This document shows, piece by piece, positions 60,449-64,000 of a DNA stretch of 64,000 nucleotides. The notes under the pieces are model-generated. The model did not search any database. It was given only the letters and a program-made list of their open reading frames with translations, and was not told the origin of the DNA. The stretch is from Octopus vulgaris (Eukaryota). A program made the position numbers and the translations under genes. The DNA is taken from the NCBI GenBank assembly GCA_951406725.2, contig OX597817.1:91078001-91142000 (forward strand). Reading direction: 5' to 3'. Position 1 is the stretch's first letter, and every line of letters starts with the position of its first letter.

Positions 60449-60792
60449 AAAGGGTAAAGACCCCCTTCGGTCATGAATGACCATGGGATTGCACCTAGAA
60501 AGTTACCCTCCTAAACACAAGTCCGGGCAAGGTTGTTTATGGAAGACCAGCAGTCGCCCATGCATACCAGCCTCCCCTCTCCACGCCACCAGTGTTATCC
60601 AAGGGAAAGACAAAGGTCGATACAGCTTGGCACCAGTGACGTCGCAACTCATTTCTACAGCTGAGCGAACTGGAGCAACGTGAAATAAAGTGCCTTGCTC
60701 AAGAACACAACACGCAGCCCGGTCCGGGATTCGAGCTCACAACCTCACGATCGTAAGCTCGACGCTCTAACCACTGAGCCATGCACCTTCAC
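60449..60792 (-). mobile_element. tRNA-derived SINE family C, CpG-rich (probably young) copy in (TA)n
   Basis: TGGCTCAGTGGTTAGAGCG A box, GCTCGAATCCC B box, GTGTTCTTGAGCAAGGCAC core. Confidence 0.88.
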
Positions 60793-60847
60793 TATATATA
60801 TATATATATATATATATGCGTACATACACTTTGGTCTCTCTCTCTCA

Positions 60848-60884
<37 letters not shown>

Positions 60885-60906
60885 CTCAGGTGATAATCTT
60901 GAAAAA

Positions 60907-61254
60907 ATATAGAAAAAAGTGAAAGGGCTACAGTGAACTTACTGTGAGGAGTGGAATATCCAACATTTCTGATTGCATCTTTTGTCAGGGAGAAGAGAAA
61001 AAGAGAAAAAAAGTTAAGCAGAGTTTACATCCTCTCAGTTTGAAAAACTAGCTGCAACTGATAATGGATGCAGAATAACATGGGCTGCTAATGTGAAATA
61101 GAATTTATAAGAGAGAATGTGCAGAAAGGAGAAGGAAAAGGTTGATGGAGGGACTCTTTTTCTCTGCATATCCCCTGACAAAGATTGAATCCAAAACATT
61201 GGATATTCCACTCCTTATGGCAAGTTCACTATACCATTTCACTTTTTTCCATAT
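60907..61254. repeat. Imperfect inverted repeat (~100-bp arms) between microsatellites
   Basis: AAAAAAGTGAAA..GGAGTGGAATATCCAA..GTCAGGG versus CCCTGAC..TTGGATATTCCACTCC..TTTCACTTTTTT. Confidence 0.75.
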
Positions 61255-64000
61255 GTATGTATGTATGTATGTATCTATGTGTGTACATACATACATACAT
61301 ACTACTATTGTTTGACTCATCATACACCAGTACCACACTGGTGAGATGCTGTACAAATAAATGTGGTGCATCATAGGTGTATATGTGTCTCTTGAGGAGA
61401 CATAACTGCACTTACACTGCATTTTTATGGATTTTTATGGTTTTATTTTGCTGTGTTTTATTATTGGTGTATAACATTTTGTTTGATTTATATACTTTTA
61501 TATTAAATTTTACTTTTTACTTTCGATTCTTTGTATAAGTTATGTTATTCTTTATATGAGATGATTTCTTTCTTGTCTCAGATCCTTATGTAGACCCACA
61601 GCACACTATAACTACTAAAATGTATTGTTATAAAAATGAACGAAATGGGGAATAAAAAATGAGGTTCCATATAAGATTTTGTTGAAATTTGTGGGCAGTA
61701 AATTGCTTGTACTTCTACAATACGCAAAGTATTTTAACCTATATCTCCCAAATCACACTCTACTGTCTTAAAGAAAAGACACACTAGCTATTGTAGCCCT
61801 ACATATTGTTAAAAAGACAAAATGACCATAGTTGGAAAACCTTCAATCATAGACTTAAATATCTGCGGTTGGGTTGAGGGCTATCCAACAACAATGAATG
61901 TCATAACAAAAGAGGGTATTTTTTTTCAGTTTGCAGTCAAATCACCTGTCACTCCAAACTTCACATTCACTTCATTTGTTTCTTCTACAATTTCCAACCT
62001 TGAGAAAGAAAATGCTACAGAGGAAAATCTTGTTTTTAGCTAAGAAAGGAAACAGAACATTATGTTTAGATAAGAATAACATCAAAGACTAGTGTTTAAG
62101 TTAAGATTAGTGTTTAGTAAGAATAACAAGACTTATTTAAGTAAAAAAGGAAATAGGATCGTATTTATATTAGGATGGAAACAAAGACTTATGGTTAGTT
62201 AAAAATGAAGGGTATCTTAACACAGTACTGGACCTTTTATCCAGTTTCCAGAAATCCAAGAATACTGATCAGTATTGTGCAATATACACATGCATACAGA
62301 TGCACATACACACACATAATGTACAGTTAAACATAGACGTTTTTAAACATATAAAAACAATGAATATTGACTGAATAATTGAATAAATCTTTTAAAAGAT
62401 GTGTAGAATTTAATATTATAATTAGTTGGTAATGTCGCTGAAGTTTCACTGGTGATGGCTTATACAAACTGCAAAGAAGAGGATAGCATGATATCTTAAG
62501 TATTTATTCTTACAACTGGGGGTTGGTGAAATTGGTGAAGATTGTGGGATTGAGGCTCTAGAAAGGAGTTTAAGCTCTAAAAAAGTGATGGTAAGGTTGA
62601 ACAGACTTTGCTTTTGAAGTTTGTTAATTTATATATGATGTGTTAAAAATGGTTTTGTTCTTTACTTTTTTGTGAATTGATAAAAATTAAACATACTCTT
62701 TAATATTGCATTAATTTGTTCCAATATCTGTTAAATAAAATCACTTTCTTTCTCTCATTTAATTTTCATTGTACAAACATTATACTTTATATATGGTACA
62801 GTTTGAAATATTTTGAGAATTTTTAAGTGGATTAATAAATATGAATCAGTTAAAAGCAATTTAGCTCTCTAATTATCATTGTTTATTTTATATTTTAAGG
62901 ACCCCCACCCGCAAAGCAAATTCAGAAGTCTAGAACACTTCTGGTTCCATGCTTACTGGATAAATGATCTGGTACTGTACTAACAAATCAATGTTTAACT
63001 GATATAAGATGGCATATTTAACCATAAGTATAATAGAGTGGATCAATAAGAGAGAACCTTTGAATGCATCTTATGCCAAAAATATCTAAGACTATGTTAG
63101 AAATGTGCTCAGCTGTTTTTATAATGGCAAGCCATGATTTCAAGATGATTTGGTCACAATGTCTAGTATGCCCGTTGACTGCTTTATTGGTTCATGGTGG
63201 TTATAGTTGATGTAGTTTAGCCCCTTGTGAGTCCCAATTCTACAAAAGTATGACCAAAGACATTCCTGCTGTGATAACCTCATCTTTTATTCAGGTGTTG
63301 TGTATCATCACTGTAGCATGTAGTTTGAAGGAGATGTGGTTGATGTTTGTTGCAAATCATGTAGATGTTCCTATAACTGGATGTTTTTAATGTTGAAATT
63401 CTGAAGTCGTTTGTTTTGGCAAAGAGTTAGTCAAACTGTTATATCCAACACAAGTCATTAAAATATCAAAGAACTCACCCACCAGATCATATTGTTAGTT
63501 ATTATAGGGTTAGCATCTAGGCAGTTCCAAACACCTACTAAATCCAGTGGCCAAAGGTCTATCAGCAAAGCTTCAATTGTCCTCCTCCTCCTCCTCCACG
63601 ACCACCACCATTACTATCATCGTCATCATTGCTAACATAAGATTAGATTACTTCAACCCTCTTCATCAAGCTGCTATTACTTTTGGTTCCTGGCTCAGTC
63701 CCACTCTATGCTATCTTAAGCAAGTGTCATCTACCTATAGCTTTGGGCTGACCAAATCCTTGTGAGTGGATCTGGTAAATAGAAACTGAAAGAAGACTCT
63801 GGTACATATATATATGAGTGTGTGTCGTTGTGTCTGTGTTTGTTCACCACCACCACTTGACAATTGGTGTTGGTGTGTTTACATCCCTATAACTTAGCAG
63901 TTCAGCAAAAGAAACTGATGGAATAAGTACCAGGCTTAAAAAGAAAATGAGTATTGAGGTCAGTTAGTTTGATAAAAATTCCTCATGGTGATACCCCAGC

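Noticed and set aside
60715-60792. Functional tRNA gene (also considered for 42164-42232)
   Set aside because: Cloverleaf stems imperfect and the sequence continues into a repeat body

Overview
Eukaryotic, AT-rich, repeat-saturated window with no intact host gene; the SINE set and microsatellite load suggest a cephalopod (Octopus-like) genome, which is inference. Most ORF-track entries are microsatellite translations. Recognisable content: tRNA-derived SINEs, RTE, R4/Dong-type and Tx1/L1-type LINE remnants, mariner/Tc1 remnants, hAT and piggyBac-like MITEs, two Helitrons, and a near-identical duplication across a 100-N gap. The most interesting signal is a set of Penelope-like (PLE) insertions in (TA)n tracts: a GIY-YIG element (probably Naiad clade) forming a ~2.2-kb palindrome, a non-coding 559-bp tandem repeat, and several short fold-backs. 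Several carry minimal hammerhead ribozyme (HHR) motifs, and their inverted copies end at TA-like microhomologies. One element joins a tRNA-like Pol III head to a hammerhead motif. All calls are from reading the sequence by eye; no searches or folding were run, and boundaries of degenerate elements are approximate.
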